Assembly: GCA_964016885.1 (NCBI GenBank)
Contig: OZ024742.1
Coordinates: 305,226,001-305,290,000, forward strand
Reading direction: 5' to 3'
DNA from: Eledone cirrhosa
Taxonomy: Eukaryota
Length of the DNA: 64,000 nucleotides
Shown here: positions 1-14,354 of the stretch, in pieces
Numbering within the stretch: the stretch's first letter is position 1
How the letters are laid out: each line of letters starts with the position of its first letter
Program-made: the position numbers and the translations under genes
Notes under the pieces: generated by a model
The model's input: only the letters and a program-made list of their open reading frames with translations
The model's database searches: none
What the model was told of the DNA's origin: nothing

Positions 1-246
1 GTGAGAAGGAAAGCAGAATGTAAAGGCATCACCAATGCTAAATGAAGACGTGCATTTCAACGTGCGGGGGGGATGTGAGGGAAGTAGGTGGGTATCAATA
101 GAAAGTTACCTGGGTGGAAGTGTCCCAAGGATATATATATATCTGTGTGTGCGTGTGTGTGTGTGTGTGTATGCGCGCGCGCGTGATGATGTGATTTAGC
201 AGGTAGGTATTTTGATTGGTGAATCGGTACCTAAGAATATGCGTGT

Positions 247-277
<31 letters not shown>

Positions 278-402
278 GAGAGAGAGAATAAGAACGTAGT
301 TTCTTATTCATTTTCTTATTCTATATATACTCCGTCGTTCCTATGTGGAAAAAGTACGTTGAGTGTTTGAATTAAATTACATCAATATTTACCGTAAGTA
401 CA

Positions 403-653
<251 letters not shown>

Positions 654-924
654 CGGGAAAAACATTCAGAAAATCCCGTTAACCGTCCACGGTCCCGACT
701 AGCCACCAAATGGAGATGACAGATGTAATAAAGCACCAGCTTTCATATTACGTAGTTTCTGTATAATGCAACTATTATCATGAGCAGTGACTACAACATC
801 ATAAGCCGTTCTCCAGTTTCTCCCATCACTATTAGTTCCCCTAAACCCTCTCTATATTAAAGAGATAAAGAATGATTGATTGGCACGTGGGTAGATAAAT
901 AAATATGTTTATAGTTAGGAAAGC

Positions 925-1002
<78 letters not shown>
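925..1002. repeat. (GATA)n tract at the LINE 3' junction
   Basis: Direct reading; similar tracts at 4005-4055, 4352-4484 and 6873-6889. Confidence 0.95.
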
Positions 1003-1003
<1 letters not shown>

Positions 1004-4000
1004 GTTTACATACAGGTATATGGAAATAAAACTATTAATACAATAACAAATAACAATTGAAATCCCCAATAGGGAGGGGGCTACACAGGCATTGTACACA
1101 CCCCGAAAAAATGTACAACCCTCATCTCCATGTGCACCAAGAGTGAGTACTCCCTTCCTCTCTTCCTCTTTTTCCTCAACCTACAGGCTTATATAGAGAG
1201 AAGGCCCAACCACTCGGGCCATCTTTGCCACATTCACCTAACTTTTATAAAATTTGCTGGGGTACAGCACCTCTCTCTCCATCCTGATTCTTCTTCCAAA
1301 ATGATATTTGAAAAAACGAATCAGTTGCTCGCCGGAGAGAAAGGTGTCTGACCTCAGCTCTTTTAACCTCCTCCACCATATAACCTCTTTCACCATAGCC
1401 ATAACACATAGGAAAACCGCCTCTCCCTCGTTTTTGAAGGAGGGTGGCGGTTTGATCATGACAATGGACTCGGTGCTCAACTGGGTTGGTCCCACCCGCC
1501 ACAATAGTCGTTCTACTTAGCCCCACAGTAACGCCCGGGCAGTGTACAAATGCGTGTGCGACGGTTTCCTCGTCGCGCACGCATCTCGGACAGATCTTTT
1601 TCGAAGGGTCCCTACCTGCGCGCCCGTGTCTGTAGAGCTTCTCTCGAACTGGTAGAGCTCCTCAGTAGCACTGCCAGGCCAGGGACTTTTGGAAGTTGTC
1701 CATTGGTCCCGGGCGGAAGGTCCTACCGAACAGACTGGCCAGTTCGTCCTCCTCTACGCCTAGAGTTTCCCCGAGCGTGTCGTCGCACTTGCTGCGGACC
1801 AACCCTCTAAAGAATGTCGAAGTGATGTCTCCACTGATTGCCGGGTCCGTTTGCCAGAGGACTGTGAGCGCCTGAGTACATTCGATGTGCCAGTCGCCCA
1901 TTTTCCTCGGTCTTTTCTTTACCCAGGACTGCAGCTCGGTCAGCGAGACGTGTCGTGGGAAGGCTCGCTTCACGAATGGTGCCCACACCGGTTGTCTGGT
2001 GACGAATACGTGGAGATGACGCAGCCTGAGCGCGTGTTTGCGCATCGTCAGCCACGGCATCCCCAGCCCTCTGTTTGAAGGGTGTTGGCAGCAGATGGAT
2101 CTTCTCACCAAAGGAACCCGTTTCTTCCAAAGGAATTGGAAGAGCGCGCGCCCCATTTTGGTGAGCGTTTTGGCTGGACAAGGCACAACGGTCAAGCGGT
2201 AGTAGATGACGGACGCTATAAAAGTGTTCGCCACCTCCGCTCGACCTTTCAAGGATAGTTTGCACTCGGCCCACTTCTGGGTGAGCGCAAACACCTTGGC
2301 CGTCACCTCGTTCCAAATCTTCTCCACCTGGAGGTCAGGACCAAACCAGACCCCGAGCAGCTTTACCGGTCCTTCCGTCCAGCGTCCGACGACGTCATCG
2401 GAAGGCATCTGTTTGCCTCTCCACGTTCCGAGTTGCAAACCGACGGATTTGTCCCGGTTCAGCTTCGCTCCTGTGAACCTTTCGTATTCCTCCAGTAAGG
2501 TGCCGATCTCCCCGATTTGCGAGGTGCTCGACACCATTACTGTCACGTCGTCGGCGTAGGACGACGCCGCTTTTCGCAGTCCAGGCTCAAAAAGGATGCC
2601 CTGCAATAACTCCAATTTCCGCAGTAGTGGCTCGAGAGTCAGTACGTACAGAAGGGAGGAGAGAGGGCATCCCTGTCGGATGGATCGCGTGATATGGAAC
2701 GGCTCCGAGAGGTAGCCGTTCACCTTGACCCTTGAGCAGATGTTTCTGTTGTGCATTGCAGCAATCCAGCCCCTGAACATGGGACCGAAGTCTGCCGCCT
2801 CGAGCACCGCATCCAGGTAACGATGGTCAACCCTATCGAAAGCCTTAGACTGATCCAAGTTGATCAGGGCCCCACTGAAGCCGGGTTTACACTCTACCCT
2901 CTCTATGATGTATCGCATGAGGTGGAGGTTGTCGTGTATAGACCTAGTCGGGATTGCGCATGTCTGCGCTTCTCCCACCAGGTTTCCGACGACAAGCGCC
3001 AGCCTCTTTGTCAACACCTTGGCCAAAACCTGTAACTCTGTGTTGAGCAGAGTTATGGGAAGGAAGTTGCCTATGTCATCCCCCTTGTTCTCGTCCTTCC
3101 TGACTAACGTGACTACGCCCTTGGTCACAGAACTGGGAATTCTCCCGTTCTGCTGCCAGTTGCAGTAGACCGCTTCCAGGAGACCGGAGAACAAGTCCGG
3201 CATTGCTACGCAAAATTCGTAGGGTAGACGGTCGAGACCTGGAGATTTGTGTTTGCCGCATTGGCTCAGCGCGTCCCCTATCTCAGCGGCCGAAATCGGC
3301 CTTTCGCAGAACTTCGCCTCCCTGTCCGAGAGTCGCGGTAAGCCGTGGATGTATGAACCGAAATCCATAGCTCCTCCCGGCGCTCTGCCCTGCCCGAGCA
3401 GTTGAGTAAAGTGCTGCTGAAAGGCCGCGCACATTTGCTTCGGCTCACGTATCACGCGCCCGTCTTGGTCCTTCAAAGAACGAATCGTGGACTTGTTGCC
3501 ACTTTTCGCCTCCGTCACTCGGGCCCAGCTAACAGCTTTGGCTCCCTCGTTTCCCAGAGCACGTACTTTGCTTTTGACAACGCAGCCTTCATGCTTTGCG
3601 TCGAAGAACTGGTCCAAGGCCGTTCTCGTCGCTAGCACGCTGGCTACGTTGCCACTCCTAAGTGCCTCTTCTACTTTATCTACCAGTTCCGGCCGACAGA
3701 GAGATGCGTAGATCTCAAAGTCATCGAAGATGGGGGCCAGCTGTCGCTCGCTGTGGATCCTGGACTCGCAAATGGCTACTACATCCATACTGTGCGACCT
3801 GAGGTCGTTTAAGAGTTTTCCCTGTTTCCCGGGCATGCCTAGGCCGCGTACATTCACATATCCAACTCTTATATTGGCCATGTTGGTGCTGAAAAGTTAA
3901 AAGAAGAGGAAAAGAAATCATTCACCTCTTCGTCTCCTGGGGACCAGGCTGCACAATTTCCATGGGGGTGTTGGAGGGGTTGTTTGGTGGGGTGGTGGTC

Positions 4001-4004
4001 TCTG

Positions 4005-4005
<1 letters not shown>
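1002..4005 (-). mobile_element. L1/Tx1-clade non-LTR retrotransposon, copy A (RT intact, most of APE endonuclease deleted)
   Basis: Contains ORF 1662-3881, a C-terminal CCHC (CPRCVRDEETVAHAFVHC, about 1530-1595) and a 3' UTR ending in the (GATA)n tract at 925-1002; the 5' side abuts (GATA)n at 4005. Confidence 0.9.
1662..3881 (-). pseudogene. LINE ORF2 (reverse transcriptase) with in-frame endonuclease deletion and premature stop
   Basis: Motifs YVNVRGL...VAICESR (APE N-terminus), KSPGLDRLPYEF, PITLLNTE, LDQSKAFDRVDH, RQGCPLSSLLY, YADD. The stop TGA at 1662-1664 corresponds to CGA (Arg) in copy C; a frameshift follows before the CCHC. Confidence 0.9.
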
Positions 4006-4055
<50 letters not shown>

Positions 4056-4056
<1 letters not shown>

Positions 4057-4351
4057 TTCTTTATTTGGCACAGGGGCGTACAAAAGTGGGACATTACAAG
4101 ACGTGACGGCGGGGGTTTTACATAAAAATCATATAACTTTCACATTAATAAATAAGAATAAACTATATATATAATAAAATAACAATTGAAATCCCCAATA
4201 GGGGGGAACGTTATTGCAGGGTTGTTTTACACCCCGTGGATAGAACAACCTTGAACACCAGGAACACGTTTTGTAGGTATTCCCGTCTTCCCTCTGTTTA
4301 TCTTCCTCGACCTACAGGTTTATATACAGAGTAGGCTCATTCACTCGGGCC
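4056..4351 (-). mobile_element. 5'-truncated 3' end of a related Tx1-like LINE, copy B
   Basis: Shares aattgaaatccccaataggg and cctcracctacaggyttatatasagag...cactcgggcc with the 3' ends of copies A and C; (GATA)n on both sides. Confidence 0.8.
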
Positions 4352-4486
4352 AGATAGATAGATAGATAAATAGATAGATATACAGACAGACAGACAAATA
4401 GATAGACAGATAGATAGATAAATAGATAGATGAATAGATAGATATATTTCTGAATAGATAGATAGATAGATGGATAGATAGATATA

Positions 4487-6873
4487 TTTCTTTATTAGCC
4501 ACAGGGGCACAAAAGAAGGGGACAAATACAAAGGGGGAAGTTTACATACAATAAAAACGTGTAAAATATTATCACAAATGCAATTTAAAAATTAGTCGAT
4601 TTTCCCCAATAGGGGGAGACATTACATATGGGTAACACATACCCCTGAAAAAAATGTGCAACCCTCATCTCCAGGAGTACGAAGAGTTTGTACTCCTTTC
4701 CTCTCCCCCTCTTTTTCCTCAACCTACAGGCTGATATAGAGAGAAGACCCATTCACTCAGGCCATTCTCGCCACTTTCACCCACCTTTCATAAAACTTGC
4801 TGGGCTGCAGCACCTCTCTCTCCATCCTGATTCTTCTTCCAAAGTGGTACATAGCCCCACAGGTCGGTGACGCCCGGGCAGTGTACAAATGCGTGCGCGA
4901 CGGTTTCTTCGTCTCGCACGCACCTCGGACAGATCTTTTTTGTAGGGTCCCTGCCCGGGCGCCCATGTCTGTAGAGCTTGTCTCGAACTGGTAGAGCTCC
5001 TCGGCAACACTGCCCGGCCAGGGACTTTTGGAAGTTGTCCATCGGTCCCGGGCGGAGGGTCCTACCGAACAGACTGGCCAGTTCGTCTTCCTCTACGCCT
5101 AGAGTTTCAGTATTTTGCTTCTGACAACGCAGCCCTCATGCTTTGCGTCGAAGAACTGGTCCAAGGCCGTTCTCGTTGCTAGCACGCTGGCTACGTTGCC
5201 ACTTCTAATTGCCTCTTCTACTTTATCTACCAGTTCTTTCTCGGTTCTATTTCTATCTAACGCTAATTCTTTACTTAAAACTAACGAGTCTAATCTAACT
5301 GCTCTCTTGAGAGAGTACAACCATCTGTTGTTGACAATGGCCCCTGTCAAGTGCTGCTTAACTAAAGTGCTAATCCGTCTACTGTAGGCTTTGCATGTCG
5401 GTAACGACAAGTTCAGCTTCCAGTAGCCGGGTCCTTGTCTATGGGTTCTATCAAGGTTGACCATGCAGGTCACAAGTTTGTGATCTGAATAGGCAACCAG
5501 CTTAACATGTCCTTATCCTTATTTCTAACTAGAACCCTATCTAGGTACGATCTAGATGTTCCGCTACGATTAGTCCACGTCCACAGTGGCACAGTTGGAA
5601 AATCTAGTCGATATCTATCGGCCAGGTCAAATCGGCCAATTAACTGTTTGAGGCTGTTACACACCCCTCTATCGGGACATGCTGCCACATAGTCCCAACG
5701 TGCATCTAGGATTCCATTCCAGTCCCCCACTAAAAGCAAGGAGCGGGGACGTTCCCACAAAAGTCTCTAGACGTTTGAAGAAGTCTGGCCGCGGTGTCCC
5801 GGATGGGGAATATGCGGCCACCAGCCTGAAGGCTCCACCTTCACTACCGTCAACGTCTAGGACCACCAGTCGACCCTCCGGGTCCAGATGTACGAGGTCC
5901 AGGTGTTTCCGCAGCAAAACGGCAACCCCACCCCCACCCCCCGGCCGACAGAGAGATGCGTAGATCTCAAAGTCATCGAAGATGGGGGCCAGCTGTCGCT
6001 CGCTGTGGATCCTGGACTCGCAAATGGCTACTACATCCATACTGTGCCGCGTACATTCACACATCCAACTCTTATATTGGCCATGTTGGTTCTGAAAAGT
6101 TAAAAGAGGAGAAGAAAATACTCACCTCTTCGTCTCCCGGGGATCAGGCCGCACGGTTTCCATGGGGGTGTTAGAGGCGCTGTCTGGGTGGGTGGTGGTT
6201 TCCGGAGGGGTGGGGACGGAGATGTTTGGTGGGGTGGGCTGTCTGGGGTGGGTGTGTCTGGGGTGAGGGTGGGGAAACTTTTTAAAAGAACGCGGTTAAT
6301 GGGTTTAACACAAGGATTACCCACGTCCTTAGGAAAGTTTTCCTTTAAAGACTTATAGGTGTCCGTAGGGACCCTAATCATCTTTAAATTAGGTTTGTCT
6401 ACACAGTTCGAAAAATTTTCCATTCGGTTTTCACCGAAGGGTCGTTGGAGATGACCTCCATTAAAGTTTTGTTTTTACTGTTTATGTATGTGTAATGTTC
6501 TTGTTGTGTTGCGGTGTTTTTTGTCTGTTGTTCTTGTGGAGCTTTCGTTTTGTTGTAGGTATTTGTGTTTGGAGTGATGTCGTGATTTTGTTTTCGGGAC
6601 GGGGGGTTTTTGTTTGTAATGTTTGTGTTGTTTGTGTTGGTGGTTGTATGTTTGTAGTGATGTTTTTTATTTTTTTTTGTTCTTGTGGTGTCTTTTCTTC
6701 TTTCTTTTCGAACGGAGAGGCTCTCACTCATCATCACTTGGTGATGATGTGGGGGCCTCGTCCGTTGTGGTGTCTGTGTTATTTGGAAGGGGTATATTTT
6801 GGGGAGCCGTTGTGTTTGTGGGTCTTTTTGCAGTGGTTTTAGGTGGAGTGGGGTTGGGTGGGACTGTGCTTGC
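4487..6873 (-). mobile_element. Tx1-like LINE, copy C (APE endonuclease retained, RT deleted, probable ORF1 remnant at 6100-6870)
   Basis: APE motifs GVAVLL, GRLVVLD, LVGDWN, SYLDRVLV and GPGYWKLN are spread over frameshifted ORFs at 5099-6064; the sequence jumps near 5108 from CVVRSKI to the post-RT region; CCHC at about 4875-4935; flanked by (GATA)n. Confidence 0.88.
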
Positions 6874-7630
6874 AGATAGATAGATAGATATTCACAATCT
6901 ATACTCACAAGAAAACCCCTGCCAAATACAATATAATTTAAAGTATAAATAAGGAGTTAGCAACGAATTGGAAAGACAGAATTAAGTAATATATATCACA
7001 ACGAAGACCTAAATATTTCAGTCGCATAAGAAAGCTTTAATTTCTAGAAAGAAATCCAATGAGGGAAATACAGTTAGAAATGGCGTGAGTGAGCCGGATA
7101 TTCCATAAACTTAAGCGGTTTCCTATTGCTGAACCTCTAGCCTATAATTCACTCTGAAGAGATTATATGCTCTGCGTCAACTTCCCTACATACTGTCATC
7201 GAAGTTTCGACCGGATGAAGAATACAAGATTATTAGGAGAGGAGAAGTCTGTTGACTCAACCACAGTTATCAAGACCAATTGAAAATGAGTTTTATGGAC
7301 TGTATGTATATCGGTGTGTATGTATTTATGCCTTTGTCTGTCTGTATATAAATGTGTATGTATGTATTGTGTATGTATATTTGTATGTATGTATATATGT
7401 ATGTATGTATGTATGTAAGTATGTATGTATGTAGGTGTATATGTATGTATCGGTGTATGGAAATATACATATTTTGCTTCCTGGTATGTATGCATGTTTC
7501 TGTGCATATATGTATATGTATGCATGCTTGTATGTATGTTTGTGATTATGTATCTATGCATGAGTGTATCTTGTTATGGATACATATGAATGTTTGTGTG
7601 AGTATGGGCTTATCTATATATATATATATA

Positions 7631-7727
7631 TAGGGTGTCCCAAAAATATGTAAAATCTTTGATTACCTGTATAGGCAATATTTATAAGAATGCTGTTGAA
7701 GTTTGTATACGATTTTTGGGACATCTG
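7631..7727. mobile_element. Tc1/mariner-like MITE
   Basis: Imperfect TIRs tagggtgtcccaaaaat / atttttgggacatctg with TA on both sides. Confidence 0.7.
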
Positions 7728-8352
7728 TATATATAAATGCATGCACGTATTATGTATGTATGTATGTAGGTAGGTAGGTAGGTAGGTAGATAGATAGGTA
7801 GGGGGAGGGAGGGAGGGGGCTGGCAGGTAGGTAGATAGGTATATATGTATGTGTTGCGTTTGCCTTGCAACAGTTTTCTAGACACTTTAAAATCTGTCTG
7901 AAAGATTCCCTTAATAAGGTAAACATTAACAACGAAGCACGAGAAACACTGGCAATATACAAAGCCCAGTGACGAAATCTGATTGCTACCGGTGTAAAGG
8001 AATTTGAAATGATGGAGCTTATGCTGTAGTAAATAAACAAACGTGCATACATACATGGATGCAAACATACAAGCAAGGATAAATCTATACATATGTACAT
8101 AGAAACATGTACATATATTTCTGTATATGTGGTTATGTGACAATGTATGCTTGACATGTGTGTCTGAGTGTGTGACTCGTAATGTCTACTCACAGCTATC
8201 CTACCCACACATACATATTGTCAACTCAACAGGTGACAAATGAAACAGTTAAATCACTTGCCAGCCGAGTGGTCAGATAATGGCTAGACCATTCACTATT
8301 ACAACACTATGCTTTCAATGTCTATCAAATTGTAATATTGTTTTGTATTATT

Positions 8353-8557
8353 GGATTGGCAGTATCGATAGTGCTTTGCAGCTTAGAGTTACTGCGCTTT
8401 ACATTCTGAGTTCAAATCTCACGGATGTTAGCATTGCTTTTATCCTTACATGTCGATAAAATAGTACCAGTACCAATAACACACTAGGGACAATTTAATC
8501 GATTTTCCCTTCCCCAAATTTGCTGGCCTTGTGCCTAAATCAGAAGCCATTATTATT
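8353..8557 (+). mobile_element. tRNA-derived SINE (family 1), decayed
   Basis: A-box tggcagtatcg, B-box gagttcaaatc, tail gctggccttgtgcctaaa. Confidence 0.8.
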
Positions 8558-8807
8558 AAGACTAGTAGTAGTAGTAGTAGCAACAGCAATAGTAGTAGCA
8601 TCAGTGCATATATTTTATTTATTTATCAGCTTTTTATTTACTGTTTGATGTTAATTTTCATTTGTTTTTACTTGTTATGCTCTTGTTTTATTTTCATTGT
8701 TAAATTTACAATCTAAACTATAATAAAGAAAGGAGTGCTGGACTGCATCCAGAATATATTTTTTTTACCCCGTTTGTAAAATGAGTTGGATTACTTTGAA
8801 TAAATAA

Positions 8808-8976
8808 CTGTTTCTACGTTAGGCACAAGGCCAGCAATTACCCAGTGCATTACTGGTACTTTATTTTATCGACCCCGTAAGGATGAAAGGCAAAGTTAAC
8901 CTCGGCGGGATTTGAACTCAGAATGGGAAGGGCCGTAACTCTATACGTCAAAGCATGGCGTCCGACCCTCTCCCAA
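8808..8976 (-). mobile_element. SINE family 1 with 16 bp TSD
   Basis: Reverse complement of the family consensus; TSD tactttgaataaataa at 8792-8807 and 8977-8992. Confidence 0.9.
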
Positions 8977-9696
8977 TACTTTGAATAAATAATGAATGAA
9001 TATTACATAATTCATCTACTAAATTTCGTGGCTGTTGATTAAATATATTTTATAGCTTCTTTAAAATTGTCAAATGTCAACACTTCCGGTTAGCGGCCGT
9101 TATATTATAACACTTATAATCGCATATATTTCCGTCGCTAATTTTCTCCTAATGCAGTTTATATATAATATCTCGTCTTTTTTAAAATGTATCATGGATT
9201 ACTGATTACAGAAGACTGTAACACAGTCTTCGTTCAATTTCTGTGTATATTGTCAATTACGATTTTATTTACATGCACATATATTTGTGCATAATATCAA
9301 TATACACACTACACATGCTAGCAGAAAACCACCCTTCAGGTATTCTTAATTCTTTAACTTTCCTGAATTTCACCTATTTTCAACTAAATGTTCCAAACAC
9401 AAATATGATAAACATATATTGTTACAAAATATTTGTTATTGCTGTTATTTTGCCACAGTTTAACACCAATCGAACAGACCCTTCATCTAATTCATTCTAG
9501 CCATGATCATATCGTTTTAATTATAGAAGGATGGTATCTAGGTATATACATATTATCAAATGTGCTCTTTACTGTTTTTAAATTAACCTGTAGGTTGTGG
9601 GAAATAAAGCTGCTATCCAGGGGTGGTCGATTGCATAGAAGCTTCTTTATTGCTTATAATGTAAGAGGAGGTGTTTATTATCTGTAGCGAATCAAG

Positions 9697-9920
9697 GGCG
9701 GTGGATTAGCAGTATTGGTAGAAAGTCAGACATCATGCTTTGCAGCATAGAGTTACGGCCCTTTATGGTCTGAGTTCAAATCCCGCCGAGGTTAACTTTG
9801 CCTTTCATCTTTACAGACTCGATGAAATAAAGCACCAGTAATGTACTAGAGTCAATTTAATCAACTTTCCCCTCCCCTTCAAATTACTGGCCTTGTGCCT
9901 AAAGTAGAAATCATTATTTC
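9697..9920 (+). mobile_element. SINE family 1, full length, 12 bp TSD
   Basis: ggcggtggattagcagtattgg...gagttcaaatcccgccgagg...; TSD tagcgaatcaag at 9685-9696 and 9921-9932. Confidence 0.9.
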
Positions 9921-10366
9921 TAGCGAATCAAGTGTCCCAATGAAGACTACTTCATTGGTTCGAGTTGTAGCATGATGTGCTACCATTTTCACGTTTCGAG
10001 CGACCACGTTGAGGCTACAATGGACACTTTGTCTTGTCTAAAAGCATTCAATTGTTCGTTGAATATTTGCTCCTATTACTGAAACAAGAATTTATAGCAG
10101 CTATCAAACTGTTCTTGTAAGATTCCCCTCAACACTGCATATAACAGAACTGTTGTCATTTATCCAACGCTTTAGGTTCAGCAAGAGTGTCACTTAACTG
10201 ACTTGACTGCCTAATTACCGCAGGGAATCGTTACCGACGGGTTTCAAACCGTTAGCTTTTCCACAAGTAGGCTTATAATGACATCGATTAGTTAACATGG
10301 CTGTTAATTGATAATTCCTATCATATGCATCCATATCACACACAAACACACACACCAACACACACC

Positions 10367-10428
<62 letters not shown>

Positions 10429-10928
10429 CATGTTCAGTGTAATGAGAAGGAACATAATTACCCAGTAACTAGATTACATTTCTAGAATCGGCAAACTCGA
10501 TTTGGGCTTGAATTAAACATAGAAATATTTTAACAGAGTTAACAATACACCCTAAATCCAGTACACTGTATACATATTAATGTTCTCATCTCGAGTGGAC
10601 ACATCTTTCGCCTTTTATATAAAATAAAATAAATCATATATAAATGTGTATGTGTGTGTGTGTATCATTGCGAGGCTATGGTAAATGTAATTTAACCAGA
10701 GAATGAGATCGAACTCGGCGTCTGATGATTGCGAAGTGAAACTCTTAACCGTACTCTCATGCTCCGTCCATATACACAGCTACACAACCACATACGTCTC
10801 TACCACTATGTCACTCATTCAAACACACACACGCACGTCTACTTGGCGATCTACTCGTCTGGCTACATAGCACCCTATCCATGGTATTCGGCTCTTACCA
10901 ACATAGTGCCGAAAATCAATTCATCTTT

Positions 10929-10959
<31 letters not shown>

Positions 10960-11150
10960 ACCATTAATTCCACCGCCACCGATCCTGCTCGTGGGCCATT
11001 GTCTAATACTTTGAAGAAAAATCAAATTCTACCTCTTCCAGTCTAGGGATGAAGTGATTTATTTTCAAAGAGGTTGTTGATTCCACTCTGCGGAATAAAA
11101 TTTACCAACAATATAGTAATAATGATGATGATGATGATGATGATGATGAA

Positions 11151-11193
<43 letters not shown>

Positions 11194-11361
11194 GTGATGA
11201 TGTTTTCTGTATTGCACAACTCTACAAATATTATGGTGCAATAACAGGGACACAAACATTTATAGTGTGCGTGTGTGTATATATATATACATGCACACAC
11301 ACATATATGTATATATATGTGTGTGTGTGTGTTTGTTTGTGTGCATGTTTGTGTGTATGAG

Positions 11362-11435
<74 letters not shown>

Positions 11436-11441
11436 ATATAT

Positions 11442-11487
<46 letters not shown>

Positions 11488-11920
11488 CGGTGAGAGAGCG
11501 AAAGATCGTAGGATACATATATATATGTAAGTATGTAGGTGACAGCCACTCAGGGAGGATCAATAAAGTTTTGTAAATGTGACCTCACTAGTATTATATA
11601 TAGATCTGCAATAACCTTAAACCTATTGCTACTTTAAAAGATTAGCTCCCAAAGAACCCAGCCCGCTGTCAGTCATTCAATATCCGTAGCAATTGTATTT
11701 TTTTTATACTTCTCTAATGTCCTTAGAGAAAGCATAAGCAGTCTAATAACTCCCATTCCTGAAAGAATCACAGGAGTAACTATTCCTGGGAATTCTTACC
11801 GGAATATTATGCTGAGTCATAGCTAGCTATTTACAGTAAATATGTCTTTTTTTTTAAATATCATTTAAAATCAGTCTACATTCAGTTCTAAACATTACTA
11901 CAACAGTAGCAACAGCAATG

Positions 11921-11974
<54 letters not shown>

Positions 11975-11981
11975 ACTCGTG

Positions 11982-12044
<63 letters not shown>

Positions 12045-12061
12045 GTGCTACTACTATTAAT

Positions 12062-12438
12062 AATTGTTTCTACTTTAGACACAAGGCCAGCAATTACCCA
12101 GTGCATTACTGGTACTTTATTTTATCGACTCCGTAAGGATGAAAGGCAAAGTCAACGTCGGCGGGATTTGAACTCAGATCGTAAAGGGACGTAACTATGC
12201 TGGAAAGCATGGCGTCCGACCCTCTACCGATACTGCCAATCCACCTGGTTTCAGATTTAGGATCAAGGCCAACAATTTTTTGGGAGGAGAAAGTCGACTA
12301 AATCGACTCCAGTCTGCTACTGGTACTTTATTTTATCGACCCTGTAAAGATGAAAGACAAAACTAAACTCGGCGGAATTTGAACTCAGAACATAATGGGT
12401 CATAATTCTATGCTGCAAAGCATGTTGTCCAACGTTCG
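12062..12438 (-). mobile_element. Two tandem SINE family 1 copies (12062-12245, about 12255-12438)
   Basis: Each has ctggtactttattttatcgac...ggcgggatttgaactcaga or a close variant. Confidence 0.85.
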
Positions 12439-12439
12439 A

Positions 12440-12640
12440 TAATAATAATAATAATTTCTTCATTTGCAACAAGGACCGAAATATAGGGAAAAATACAAAG
12501 ACTGACTGTGGGGGTTACAAAAAAATCAAATAAAAACATATATATATATATAACAGATAATAACAAACAACAAATAACATAACAACGAAAATTCTCCAAT
12601 ATGGGGGAGTACCACACAGGGTGACTCAGGAGCCCCACCT
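12440..12640 (-). mobile_element. Probable 3' UTR fragment of a related L1/Tx1 LINE with (TTA)n tail
   Basis: Loosely parallels the 3' UTRs at 4056 and 4487 (atttctt...caaggacc...tacaaag...ggggttac...attctccaatatggggg). Confidence 0.45.
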
Positions 12641-14256
12641 ATCCTAGTTTTAGAGTTGATCTCTATCATTTGCTTCTTCCATTTTCCCTCACGATTAGTC
12701 CAGATAATAGCTGTTGAAGAGTCCTTAGTTTTCCTGGTAAGTTTGTGGTACTGTTATTTTGGTGGGGGATTCCTTACTGTAATTAGGGATCTAAGACAGG
12801 TGATGATCTGATGAGTGCAGCACCTGGGACTTTCTGTCGATGTTGCTGTTCTCTATCTGTCTTTGCTGATCCTATGGGAAGAAAACTGTGACGTAACGTT
12901 TGATATTACAAGTATAACAGATGGGAAATCTAATCTGTATAGCTGGTCTTTTGAATCGTTATTCTACAGTCACAAGCCAACGTAGCTGCTGAATGGCACA
13001 GTGGTTTTAAGAGTAATATGTACATGCAATTCTATTGTCATTCTCTCTGCCTAAGAGTGATCTTTTGTCGTTTCGGCATTGATAACTCGCCAATACTGCA
13101 GAAAAGAAAAGCAGTATGGAGTCAACTGTTAATGTCACTGCCAATGCTTCTAAATGTCCCCTGTGTAAAACATGGATCCGTACTGTAAATTGAAAGCGTA
13201 AGTGTACATCTCACAAGATTAATCTGCCGTTTATCCTTGTTCTCATATGTGAAGGTGGATAGAAGTTGCCATATATTTTGCGTCACTTAATGAACAAAAT
13301 TCTATCCCAATCATCAGTTATTGCTAAGTTTTGTTTGTTTTCTGTGTGGTATAATCATATTGTCTATATCCTTTCATGTTCATGAAGAAAATCTCCAAAG
13401 AGAAAAGAGCTGTTCTTGGCAAAGTCTTTACCGAACCAACATAGGTCGGGAATTTCTCTTTCACGTTACTTATATAAACGTGCGTGTAAAAAGCTATGTT
13501 GTTATTTTTGCTGTTATTGTTATGGGCGGTGGATTGGCACTATTGGTGGCTGTTAATAGATATCTTTTGGCGAATTTTCATTTTTAAAACTTGGCCATTT
13601 TTTCGCAAGTTTCTCACTAGTGTACACATTTGATTCTACTGGTGTGACCACATTGTTGATTATATCTTCCCAGTGCTCCATTACTGGAATTTAAACTAAA
13701 TTACGAAAAATAGAAATATTTACAAATATATAAGCTGTTCAAGACAGCCCTTTTTTTTTTCAGTCCAAGCTAAACGGGTTGGACATACAAACATTCCAAA
13801 ATTTCCGGTTGGTAAAATATTCCTTCAAAATTTGATTTTAACTAAAATGAAGAGGTGTTATTCCGGAAATAATAGGAGAGGGAAGTGTAGAAGTTCGCCC
13901 AAACCAAACATATATACTTGTAGGAACACAGAGGCATCAGATTGAACATATTACTAAAACCGATGTGGCAAAGGTGACATAGACTACGATGATAGAAAGA
14001 CAAGAGGAAACAGTTAATAATGATGACGAAAAAGAAATCCATCTCCACCCAAAACAACAACAACAATAGGAAAGGAAAAATAATAATTTCATGTATATCT
14101 TTTATAATTGTCTATAATTTCTTCAAACTGGCACTATTCAATATATGTAGCTTTAATGCGTCCTATATAATTAAATGATATATAAAAGAAATATTGCTGC
14201 TTTTTGCAAACATTTTGTTCAATTTCCTATTGCTTTCTCGCTTTCTCTCTCACTCT

Positions 14257-14354
<98 letters not shown>

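Noticed and set aside
1807-3711. Multiple short overlapping ORFs in other frames and on the + strand
   Set aside because: Shadow ORFs of the GC-rich LINE ORF2.
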